Source: Rhizophagus irregularis
Taxonomy: Eukaryota
DNA length: 64,000 bases
Assembly: GCF_026210795.1 (NCBI RefSeq)
Contig: NC_089433.1
Coordinates: 2,604,001-2,668,000, forward strand
Reading direction: 5' to 3'
The notes under the pieces were generated by a model, which worked only from the letters and a program-made list of their open reading frames with translations, had not been told where the DNA came from and made no database searches. Below are positions 27,063 through 38,164 of the stretch, piece after piece (the first letter of the stretch is position 1; each line of letters opens with the position of its first letter). The translations under genes and the position numbers were made by a program.

Positions 27063-27876
27063 GATAGAACCGAACTGAACTGGACAGTTCCGGTTCGGTT
27101 CCATTTCGGTTTTCGGTTCTACCCGAACCACAAAAAAACCGAACTGAACTGACCTGTTCGGAGCTTTATAGGAAATATTACTAACATTTCCTATATTTTT
27201 TTTGTAGGACCTTTGGCGCACTTGACTTGGAATTCGGAAATGGTAAATTTTGAAGTAGAAATTTATTTTAAATTATTTTTTTTTAATTTCTATTAGAAAA
27301 TGTTACTAATATTTCCTATAATTTTTTTTTATAGAGCTTTCTGCATATTTGATTTTGGAGGAAAACGAAATAGTAAGTTTTGAAGCGTTTCACTTCAAAA
27401 CTTTTAAAATTAATATTTTTTTTATTTTTTATTAGGAACGTTCTAATTAAACATTTCCTTTCTTTTTTGTAGATTCAGTTCTTAGGAATTTGGAAATTCA
27501 AAAACGGTAAGTTTCGTACATTTTGTTACGAATCTTCTGTTGTTTTTTTTATTTTTTTAATTAGGAAATGTTTACTAACATTTCCTTTTTTTTCTTTCAT
27601 TTAGAAGATTTCAGATTAGATATAAACTTTTGCCAACCTAGACTTCGGAAGTTTTAGATTCTAGATGGTTATAGGTAAGTTTCACAAATGTTGTGAAACT
27701 TATGTATATATTTTTTTAATAGAAACGTTTTCTAACGTTTCCTTTTCATTTTTTTAGGTTTCAGGAGTTCAAGTCACTGGAAATTTGTAAATAGTAAGTT
27801 TTATTAATTACGTTGATTTTTTTAGGAAATTGTTATTAATATTTCCTTTCTCTTATTTTTTAAGTATCATCTGGTG

Positions 27877-29074
27877 TAAAGCTCTGAATGGATCGGTTTG
27901 GTCCAGATTATAGACGGTTTGGATTAGAGCCAAAATCCATAAGAACCGAACTGAGAAACTGGCGGTTCAGTTCGGTTTAATCTGATTTTTATAAAAATGT
28001 GAAAAATCGAATAGCCATCCATCCAGTAATCGTAAAAGGTCGAGCCATACATCATTGGATTTGTCTTGACGAGACGCGTCAAATAATGCAAAGATCATGT
28101 CTCTAGCATTGAGAGATCACACGTTAACTCACGCTAAATGATTTATCAATAATTAGAATTAGCAAGTCATCTATCAGTGCTAGAGACATGGTCTTACCAC
28201 CATTCGATGCGTCTCAGTGAGACGAATCCAATGAATATAAATTCGTCCATGTATGACCACTGAATAGTGAATAATGTCAAGTTTCGCATTTTTTTAAAAT
28301 TTTAGAGTGTTAAAAATTAAAAATTCCAATACATGAATTTATTCGTCATCCAATGGTCATACAAATATGAATTAGGACTCATTGGATTTGTCTTGATGAG
28401 ATGAGTCGAATGGTGGTAAGATCACATCTTTAGCATGGATACATAACTTGCTAATGCCAATTTTTTATAAATCATTTATCATGAATTAACTTACGATCTA
28501 TTAATGCTAGAGACATGATCTCACCACCATTCGACTCGTCTCATCGAGACGAATCCAATGAGTCCTAATTCATATTTGTATGACCATTGGATGACGAATA
28601 AATTCATGTATCAGAATTTTTAATTTTTAACACTCTAAAATTTTAAAAAAATGCGAAACTTGACATTATTCGCTATTCAGTGGTCATACACAGACGAATT
28701 TATATTCATTGGATTCGTCTCACTGAGACGCATCGAATGGTGGTAAGATCATATTTCTAGCACCGATAGATGGCTTGCTAATTCTAATTATTTATAAATT
28801 ATTTAGCGTGAGTTAACGTGTGATCTATCGATGATAGAGACATAATCTTACCACCATTCGATGTGTCTCGTCGAGAGGAATCTAATGATATATGGTTCAA
28901 CTTTGCACGATCACTAGATGGACAGCTATTCGATTTTTCGCATTTTTATAAAAAATTGGATTAAACTGAACCGAACCGCTGGTTTTCAGTTCTAATACCC
29001 GAACCGAACTGAACCAAATTTTGAGCCAGTTTTGGATCGGTTTTCCGGTTTAGCCTGAACCATTCGGAACTTTA
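27877..29074. mobile_element. hAT-type foldback element (near-complete 1.2-kb palindrome)
   Basis: TIR taaagctctgaatgg/ccattcggaacttta; TSD atctggtg/gtctggtg; empty site in copy A ~18518-18525. Confidence 0.92.
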
Positions 29075-29474
29075 GTCTGGTGTTTGATTTTGGGGAAACA
29101 GCAGGTTGATTTTGTAACAATTTTCGTTGCAAAACTTATTTTTTCAAACTTTTTGTTTTAGTGATTTAGTAAAAATCAGAATGTATGAAATGAGTTAAAG
29201 AAAAAAAAAGCAAAGTGAATTGGAAAGATATCTGGGCGATACAAAGTTGTTGGAAATACGCAATATGTATAGCTATTCAGCGTACAAATTTATCATTGAT
29301 GAACGTAAAAACTATCTTTGTTAAAAGTCATAGGTATTTTTACACATATTTTAAAGATTTAGGCACAACTATCGAAGAAAACTTAAAGAAGAAAGGTTTG
29401 GATAATATCTAAAGGATTAACATAGTTTTACATTAGACATTAGATTATTTAATTAGATTATAGATTATTTAAAT

Positions 29475-29849
29475 TAGTGATACCTGGTTAAACTTTTTTT
29501 ACCAAAAATTTCAGTTTTATCACCAACCAGTTTCGGTTTCGTCATTGACTAAACTATATAGTAATAATTTTTAAGTTTAAATTTTAATTATATAAAATTA
29601 TAGTTTTATTATAAAAATATATGAAATTATATTATATATATAATAGTTTTATATATTCCTTTAAAAAATATTATATTTTAATATAAATTTATTATTATTT
29701 TTTTTTATAAGTAATTATTAATAATTAAAAATCCATGGAAATCTATAAAAAATCCATGAAAATACTATGGAATATTGAATTTTGGCATTTCGTCTACTAT
29801 TTCGGTTTAGTTAAATGACTAAATATTTCAGTTTCGCCTGGGATTTCTA
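29475..29849. mobile_element. Degenerate hAT-type MITE
   Basis: Perfect TSD atttaaat; eroded TIR tagtgatacctgg/cctgggatttcta; absent from copy A. Confidence 0.75.
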
Positions 29850-30745
29850 ATTTAAATTGTAATATAATGAATTTAGTGTTAATAAAATAATAAAACAATA
29901 CATTATTATGCTATATTTTCACGTTAGTATACACATTGTTTATCGAGTTTATTAATAAAAAAAATAATATTTTACAATATGAATCAACTAACATATAATA
30001 CGCATTGTTTAACATTAATCTACCATTTTTATACGTGTTTTTTGATAGTGTCAGTCATTATAGGGTTAGTTTTTCTACGTTTTAAAGCGTTAAGCAACAC
30101 TAGTGTCAATTGGTGCGTTAACTAACACTAGTATATACCACCCAAAATCTTAATTACGATTTAAAAAGTTTCAATAACTAAAAAAAAAAATTTAAAACAG
30201 CGATAACTAAAAAAAAAATTAGTATTCTACAAATACAAAGTCTACTATAGTGTCTACCACAATTCTATTTATAGTTATCAAGGCCAAGCAGTTGTTCTGT
30301 CAGTTCTCAAGCTTTCTTAGTAATGATCTAATTTCAGTTAACAAAGTAAGTTTTCTAGATTCACTACCATCTAAACTTTTCTTCATATTCCTAAAAGTAG
30401 CGGAAATATTTTTTTTTTTGAAAGGCTTGTTTATCTTAATTTTGTTATCTGTAGTATTTGGTCCAACCTTGTGTGCCAAGTTTTGGTTTTGCTTCTGATT
30501 TTAGCCACTTCTTGATGCGATTACAAGATTTAAATCTAAAACAATGATTTAAATTTTATTATTTAATTATTGGTTCAAATCAGGTTTTTTTTTTCTTGAA
30601 AGATTCTTATTCCGTTCTTTATATAAGATAATTTTGATAAAGAAACCAAACAAACCAGTTTAAATATTATTTGTCAATAAAATGCAGTTACATGATGGTT
30701 GATTATGACTTTTTGATAGTTGAGGTAAAAAATACCTAATCTAAA

Positions 30746-30973
30746 CAGGACTTCACTTACTTATAATAAAGGTCACCATAAAAAATTAGCCTTTTACTAA
30801 TAGTTTTTACCTTACTTTTTTCTTAAATTTTATTGGTTAATTAGCTAAAAAGAAAAAAAACTATAACAATATAACATAAAATTTCCTTTTATAGTAAGAT
30901 CTGCAAAGAATTTATATATGATTTTTACCTTAGACCTGGGGTGACTATCTTATTATAAGTAAGCAGGATTCTG
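30746..30973. mobile_element. pogo-like MITE, degenerate
   Basis: caggacttcacttacttataataa-aggtcacc inverted against ggtgactatcttattataagtaagcaggattctg. Confidence 0.6.
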
Positions 30974-31592
30974 TCCAAACGCCTTCGAATTCTTGCAAGT
31001 TTGGCTTAGTATTGGTGATTTTATTCAAATCCGCTCAATTTTTGTAATATGTGATAAGCTTGCTGGTACTTTTCTTCTGAACTACTTTAAACGCTTTGCA
31101 TCCCAAATGTGAGATAGGTGATTGGGAATGGTCCAATAGATATAGCAACAAAGTGGTAACAGTTTCAGGTATATTTTTCACCACAACTTGAAATAATTCA
31201 CGTTCTTTTCTTTGTTGAAAATTCCAGTTAGCAGGATACTATCAGACAGGAGAAAGACCTCTTAAAGGAGTGGTCCAGACTCCTTAATTCTATAGACTCA
31301 TAGCCTACTCATTGAAGTTGATTGAAATGGTAATCATTAAATATTTCTTCTGATGTTTAGTCTTGAAAGCGATCATGTGACTTTATTTTTCAAAATGTTA
31401 AAGAAGTTCAAGTTGAGCCCAGATGGAAGGGATATTGTATAAAGTAATTTCCTAAACATTGTCCTTAAATACTGGGTCATATCTGGTTATTATTGATTGT
31501 ATTTCTTTTGGAGGATCGCGTTGTTGTTTATTTTTAGCCGGCTGAGCCTTGCTATCAGACGCCATGTGCTTGATCGCATTATTTTTCTGCCT

Positions 31593-32504
31593 TAAAGTTC
31601 TGAATGGGTTAGGTCAGGTCAGGTTAATTGATAAACCTGACCTGAAATTTTTTTTCAGGTTAGGTCAGGTTATATCAGATTATTTGTTTGACTTGACCTG
31701 TACTACTAGTGCTTCAATTCAGATGAAAACTTGAATATTTTCATATGATGATTATGGCTGAAAAAGATTATGAATTTCAGATTTAAACAGACTATAATTT
31801 AAACCAACATTAAAGTATTATTATCCCAAAAATTTATACTAATTCTGGCCAAACTCATAGTGCCAGCGAAATTTAATGAAATTCAATCCAGATGAAAATC
31901 TGGATAAAACTGCTACAGATCGAAGCACTACTGACCTGAACTGAAACCTGAAAATTTTCAGGATTTTTATTAAAATATCAAAAAAAATGGTGCAAAACAT
32001 TTTTTTTTTGAAATATTGCGATTCACTTTCTTATATTAAAATCGTATAAAAAGGTGAATCGCAATACCGCAACTAACTTTTTTTATATAAAATCAATATA
32101 AAAAAGTGAATTCCGATACCGCAATTCACTTTTCATATATAAAATCAATATAAAAAAGTGAATTCCGATACCGCAATTCACTTTTCATATATAAAATCAA
32201 TATAAAAAAGTGAATTCCGATACCGCAATTCACTTTTCATATATAAAATCAATATAAAAAAGTGAATTCCGATACCGCAATTCACTTTTTATATATAAAA
32301 TCAATATAAAAAAGTGAATTCCGATACCGCAACTCACTTTTATTATATAAAATCAATATAAAAAGTAAATTATAATACCATAACTCACTTATATAAAATC
32401 ATAGTTTCTGGCAACCTAAACTGATACTGAATTGCAATTGCTAAACCTGACCTGATAAATTCAGGTCAACCTGTCAGAATTTGGTCAACCTGTTCGGAAC
32501 TCTA
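31593..32504. mobile_element. hAT-type non-autonomous element carrying the 52-bp minisatellite
   Basis: TIR taaagttctgaa/ttcggaactcta; perfect TSD ttctgcct; ACCTG subterminal repeats. Confidence 0.92.
32014..32400. repeat. 52-bp hairpin minisatellite, second locus (~7 units)
   Basis: aaaaaagtgaattccgataccgcaattcacttttcatatataaaatcaatat; gtgaa at 32106, 32158. Confidence 0.92.
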
Positions 32505-34890
32505 TTCTGCCTATTACTGGATGGAGTCAGGGAGGTGTCACGGTTGCTGCCTACATCTAAATTCCTGGAGGGCTGGAGGCCATTTCTGCAAACATAACAG
32601 TACGTCCTTTTCCTTTTGGAGTATAGGTATGGCTTTGGCATTCAATTTTGTGGAACTCTTCTTAGAGTTCTTTGTTGAAGATTCAGCAATCACATTCTCT
32701 GATTGGTGTTTAGTGTTTTGATCATTGTGTTCTACATCTATTAATTAGTATTCGACATTTTCAAAAATTTTCATTTCCATCGGCTATACTTGTGTTGATA
32801 CTGGCGTACCATTGGTTAGTTCTGTTGACATAAACTGTGCCACTTGTTCTTAGATTGTTTTCTCAATGTAATTCTTTAAAGAGACTTTGTACTTGTTGGC
32901 AACGGTGGAAAGAGAGTGGAAGCAAGCAAGTAGATAAGTTGTACTGCTCTTAACACAAGCCAAGTTCTTTAAGTACTGGCCTATAGGTTTTAATAAAAGT
33001 TTCAGTATTGTTGTATTCTTCAGTAGGTAACATACGCTCTACATATCTTTGAATAGCGGTTGGTTCAGTAAGTTCAACTTCTGAAGGGCAATACGTAGTA
33101 TTTCAAAAAAGTTCTTTCTATTAATATTACATTTTGTGATTTTTTTAAGGTCAATATTGTTGGTTTATTTGTTCAAGTGAGACATTTTTATGCAATAAAA
33201 TTAAAAAAAATTAAAATTATTTTTCCGCTAAAAAATGGTCATAATAATCATCAGAAAGAGTTTTTTCTTTTTTAATTTTAGGTTTTAACTTTTTTTTATT
33301 TTTTAGTTTCTATAGTATTTGTATAGTTTTCATCATATTACATACTGTTTTTTTTGCTTATTAGTTTTAAAATTTGAAATTTTAGATTTTAGGTTTTTTT
33401 TGATATTAAATTTTTTTTATAATATAAATTTTAGATTAAATTAAAATAACATTATTTTTATATATTAAATTCAAAAGGGTGAAAAATGATTTTTTTTTTA
33501 AATTTTAAATTTATATTACTTTTATTTTTTTTAAAAAAAAATTTTAAACCTTTTTTAATTTTATAATTTTAAAATTTTGGATTTTTACAATTTTAAAAAG
33601 AGTTCAAATCTGTGTTATATCATATTCCTATAATATGTTACATAAAAAAGTCAAAAATGACATTCTAAATTCTTTTTGATATATTAAGAAAACTTGTAAA
33701 GCAGTTAAAAATATGCATAGTATAAGGTTTCTTATAGTATATAGTAAGTGCATAAGGTTTCACACCAGGATTTTTTAAAAAATGGGAATCTTAACAAAGT
33801 CATGTAATCAAAATGATCGACATAATTAATATAAAAATTACCAAAAAAGGGAGATGCGACATATAGCAGGCATAAAAAAAAACATAAATTCTTTAAATTT
33901 TAATTTTTTGAAATTTTAAAATCTTGAAAAAGAAAATTTTTAAAAATTTTTTATGATGTAAATTAACATTACAATTATATTAAAAGAATAAAGGCCAATA
34001 TATCGTACCTAAAATTTAGAATTGAACATACATAATATAGAGGAAGTGCACTTAGCTTTAAGTCCCAAGCTCTTAGTATGCATATAGAGAGGGAGTGTGG
34101 GTGTACTTATAGGTGTTACTGTACTTTGATTCTAATTCTTTATTATTGATTTTTTTTATTGTATTAGTCATTTTATTTAACAATTTTATATAATAAATAA
34201 TTAAAAAAAACTTTTTTCTATATAATAGGAACCTTTGGATATTAAAATTTTTAACCAATTAAGTTTCATAAATTATTTATGTAATTATGTAATTTACACT
34301 TCCTTTTTAATCATATAATTAAAGTCTAATTCTGCAAATCTGTAATTTTAGCCGTAGTTGCAAAATCATATAATTGTTTCAGCAGTAATAACTCTAGTTT
34401 CAGATTATAAAAAAATTTCGTTGTCATGTAATTATATACAAAAATAAAAAATGGGTTAATAAAAGCATGCAATTTTATAAAAAATATATACAATAAAGTC
34501 CAAATAGAAAAAAGGAATCCTATCGGATTATTATGTAATTTATATCATGTGATTTCGCAATTCAAAAATTCCGATGACAATTAAGGGTTCTTTGTTCTTT
34601 GATGTGTGCGTGGCCGCTTGAAGCAAACAAGAATGATAAAATTTGATTTAGTTTAGTTTATATGCATGATTTCTAACTTTATATAAATAGTTTCATTTGG
34701 ATTTCCCGATTTGAGTTTTTTCATCGCTTATTACATGCATAACCAATTAAATTTGTAGTCATTGAGTTTCAAAGAGGATAATTGATATATAAACATATAA
34801 TAAACGTATTTATCTTTTGTTTTTTTTAAAAAAAAAAATAAAAATAAAAATAATTTCAATACATCTAATATCAAATTGTTTTAACAAATT

Positions 34891-36225
34891 ATGGGAAATT
34901 CATTGGAGAAAACTAGTCAAACAACATCAGATACCTTGCCCTTTAAGCATGATATTAAATCAGGAATTTACGGTTATATGATGAGTGTAGACGAAATCAT
35001 CAATACCGCAATTAAACAATTAACGACGAGTCAGCTCTACAATTGCTGTATTGATCCACTTGAATTAAATAATATTCCATGTTTTTCTCCTGTAGAAAAA
35101 TCAGATTTATCAAAATTCTCAATTGTAAATTTATCAAGAAACGTTTGTTCATCCATGGGAAAAGAATATAAATCAGAATTTGAGAGTATTTACGATTTTT
35201 TGAAATTTAATATTGAAGGAAAATTGTTAAAAAGTAAATTAAATGAAATTAATAGTGTACTAAGAGATGGTCTTAAACAAATTCAAGTGGAAATTGAAGA
35301 TTTAGAAAAGAATCTTTCAGAAGATGAACTAAAAGCTCAGTTAAAGAAATTTAGTTTGGCTTTAAATAATTGGGGTATGGAGAAATCACATATGTGGGCA
35401 TCCATTTCACGTCAGTTACTTGAATTCATTCAATCTCACGCGGATGGCGCAGCATTCAATAATCCCAAATGCTTGGAAATATATATTACAGCTTTGTGTT
35501 TATACGCATTCGCTAGGTTACGTTCCGAACGAAAATCACAAGAAGAGCCTATTGATAAACAAATTCAGCGCGTCATAGATGATGCATGTAAATTACTTCG
35601 GAAGTTCATTCAAAATGTCACTTATCATAATGCAGAAGCTTCATTTAAACGTGAACAAAATCCTTATTACGGTATTGAAGAACTTCCGGGATGTGGACCT
35701 GTTGACATTTTTTGTGGTTTACATAAGGGCCTAAAATCTGCTACAATCCAAAAATTCGCTTGTGAGGATAATCAGGCAATTTCCTTTGATAAAGAATTAC
35801 AAGAGATTAATTCTTTTAAACTTGGATTTAGCAAATTACATGTTCTTTTACCAAAAACTTTTTATAAACAAGATAAAGAAAATAATAATAATATTATTGT
35901 AGATGTTAGGGTTCCTTTTCGATATAATTTTGATTCTTCCTTTGATATTGATCGTATTTGGGATTATAGAAGAGAAATTTGGCAATTTAAACCGAATGAA
36001 TATTGTGTTTATATTTCTCCCTTAGTATTTAGAGCTATTCATGAAATTTCTGTTATTTCTGCCGTTATCAATAGCAATGAGACGGAGAATAGTGTTTTTG
36101 AACGGCCAAGTTATTCTAAATTAGCTAAAGCTTTTGAACGTAAATTGTTATATAGCGTAGAAATTACTTCGGAGTATGAAAAAGTTGTTGAAAACCAGGA
36201 ACCTTGGAAAGTTTATGTTGTGTAA
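34891..36225 (+). CDS. Hypothetical protein, 444 aa, intronless
   Basis: Long uninterrupted ORF in AT-rich DNA; no domain recognised. Confidence 0.8.
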   Translation: MGNSLEKTSQTTSDTLPFKHDIKSGIYGYMMSVDEIINTAIKQLTTSQLYNCCIDPLELNNIPCFSPVEKSDLSKFSIVNLSRNVCSSMGKEYKSEFESIYDFLKFNIEGKLLKSKLNEINSVLRDGLKQIQVEIEDLEKNLSEDELKAQLKKFSLALNNWGMEKSHMWASISRQLLEFIQSHADGAAFNNPKCLEIYITALCLYAFARLRSERKSQEEPIDKQIQRVIDDACKLLRKFIQNVTYHNAEASFKREQNPYYGIEELPGCGPVDIFCGLHKGLKSATIQKFACEDNQAISFDKELQEINSFKLGFSKLHVLLPKTFYKQDKENNNNIIVDVRVPFRYNFDSSFDIDRIWDYRREIWQFKPNEYCVYISPLVFRAIHEISVISAVINSNETENSVFERPSYSKLAKAFERKLLYSVEITSEYEKVVENQEPWKVYVV

Positions 36226-36689
36226 TATTGTAAATTAAAATTGTAAATCGTATGGTTCACGTGGAATAAAAAATTGATTTTGATAATTTTGATATAAATC
36301 TTTAAAAACATAAGGTTGGTAAATCATTGGTGATGATATAAACACATGATTTCATTGACTAAACCAATTTTATCCAAATTTATAACGAATCAAACATATT
36401 TTCTTCCAGTTACACGTATTTAAATCTTTGAAATCTTTGCCGTTGTTTGAATCTCATGATATAATAGGGAGTCAATAATTTGTGTGCTCTTTACAATTAT
36501 TGAACTCTAAGAAAACTTTCTGCTTTGAAAGTATTCTGGTGTTGCTTTGTTAGTGCTGATCTCCCGGCATTCAATATTCAATATTCTGATTTTTCACTAT
36601 TCTCGTAATTACGATTTATTTCTTGCATAGCATCTTACACAGAATTTTGTTACTTAGAAAATTCTACTAAGAAAGTTCCTCGATTTTTT

Positions 36690-37555
36690 ATGGATATGGG
36701 CGATTGCAACAGTAAAAAAATGACAAAATCATCTCAATTCATAACGTCATATTGTTCCCACTTCAATAACGCCAAGGACCTGAAATCAAAAGAAATTTCT
36801 TATAAAAATTCAAGTAGAACTTCCCCGACCACTATTCATAAAATTGCATCCCCAGTTTCTGTTAATATTAAGCATGATGGTAATGGCGTGAATGCACTTA
36901 CTTTTTTCCGGAATGGTGAATATGTGAAACAAAGGCCGAACAAGCTTGTTCGTGCTGATTTATTTAAGGATCAAAAAGGGACAAGACTTAATGGGTTTTT
37001 ATTTTTATTTATTTATTTATTTTCAAAAAAAAAAAGTTATTATAAATACTTTATATTATTAAAAAAATTTCGATAATTTTTTTTTAGTTCTATTGTCATG
37101 GCAAATGGTTCCAATAGAGTTTTTAAGTCACAGATTGTGAACAAACAATGTACCTACTTTAACAAATATGGTATGAAAAAATTTTCTCTCTTATTTAGTT
37201 TTGATTCATTCAAAAATTTTATATTTCAAAAAAAATTTTTTTTCATGCAGGTCGTTGCAAGGATGGTGATTTGTGTTCATATAAGCATAATCCAAATAAG
37301 GTCGAGATTTGTAAAAAATGGCTCAAAGGAGCAGAGTGCTCTGGCAAAAAATGTTATCGTCAACATATTTTATCAGCCCATATAATCCCACATTGTAGTC
37401 ATTTCGCAAAGGGAATGTGTCTTAAAGGTAGTGAATGTCGTTATACACACGTAAAGGTCAGCAAACGAGCTGATTATTGTAAAGAATTTATGGTAGACGG
37501 CTTCTGTGATGCAGGTGAAAATTGTCGGAAGAAACATGAATGGGCGAATATATAG
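36690..37555 (+). CDS. Tandem CCCH zinc-finger protein, ZC3H3/Red5-like (~230 aa)
   Basis: Exons 36690-36994, 37088-37170, 37251-37555; four fingers CTYFNKYGRC..C..H, KVEICKKW, IPHCSHFAKGMC..CRYTHVKVS, CKEF..GFC..GENCRKKH. Confidence 0.8.
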
Positions 37556-38164
37556 AATCCGAAGCCTTAATAGTTATATCACGTCCAAAAAATTCAAAGA
37601 TAAACGATGAACCAAAAGCAACAAACGAATTCTAGAGATTGGTTCCTTGAAGAATGCTAACCGCTCCTTTTTTTATTTTATTTTTTGATTTTTATTTACC
37701 ATTTTTATTGTACATAATTTTGTAAATAATGCATGATAAAAATATTATATTAATTTGCGAAGATAAAAATAAAAAATAATAAATTAAAGGAAGTATTCCC
37801 GAAAGGAATCATGCGAAAAGATTAAAAAAATTTTTTTTTTAATGATAATTAGCCATTTTTAGGAAGCCCGAAGCAATTTCAAAAAAAAATTAAATACTAG
37901 TCCGAATCGTAAAATTTGTAAAATTTCGATTTACTATAAACAAAGTAGATCTGTACATATCAAATTCGGATATTCATCAATGAATGGTTTTACTATTATT
38001 TGTTTCACTGTAGGGTATCTATTACCCAATTTTGATTAATGCATGTAAACTATATAACGAAGCAAAAAAAAAATTATTTCAAGTATCACTTAATCGGTTC
38101 TTTACCCACAAAAAAAAAAATATATTATATATTTTTTTTATTCTACTCCCTTTTTACATATACA

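Larger units (their letters stand above)
23216..27168. mobile_element. hAT-type foldback element with palindromic interior; hosts the autonomous hAT
   Basis: TIR taaagctc(t/c)gaac; perfect TSD taggaaat; GAACC subterminal repeats; palindrome centred ~23693. Confidence 0.92.
21733..27863 (+). repeat. Array of homologous micro-exon + hairpin-intron units (copy B), interrupted by a hAT insertion
   Basis: GTAA(G/A)T donors at 21733, 22910, 23027, 23153, 27243, 27373, 27507, 27675, 27794. Confidence 0.75.
17508..30152 (+). mobile_element. CATCAG-terminated non-autonomous element, outer copy B (right end eroded; hosts four direct insertions, two of which contain further elements)
   Basis: Begins catcagcaagtttt..., resumes at 20700 after copy A, inverted-homologous to copy A through cacccaaaatctta (30152). 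Confidence 0.8.
30240..32960 (-). pseudogene. Degenerate LINE ORF1 (gag-like) with 5' UTR, interrupted by two MITEs
   Basis: Minus-strand fragments IPSIWAQLELL, GCKAFKVVQ, LLTEIRSLLRKL resemble fungal LINE ORF1 from memory; ATG ~32831; many stops. Confidence 0.5.

Noticed and set aside
38039..38164. Upstream ATG of the 1491-aa ORF
   Set aside because: The extension is A/T-run UTR-like sequence; acaATGg at 38165 is the more plausible start.
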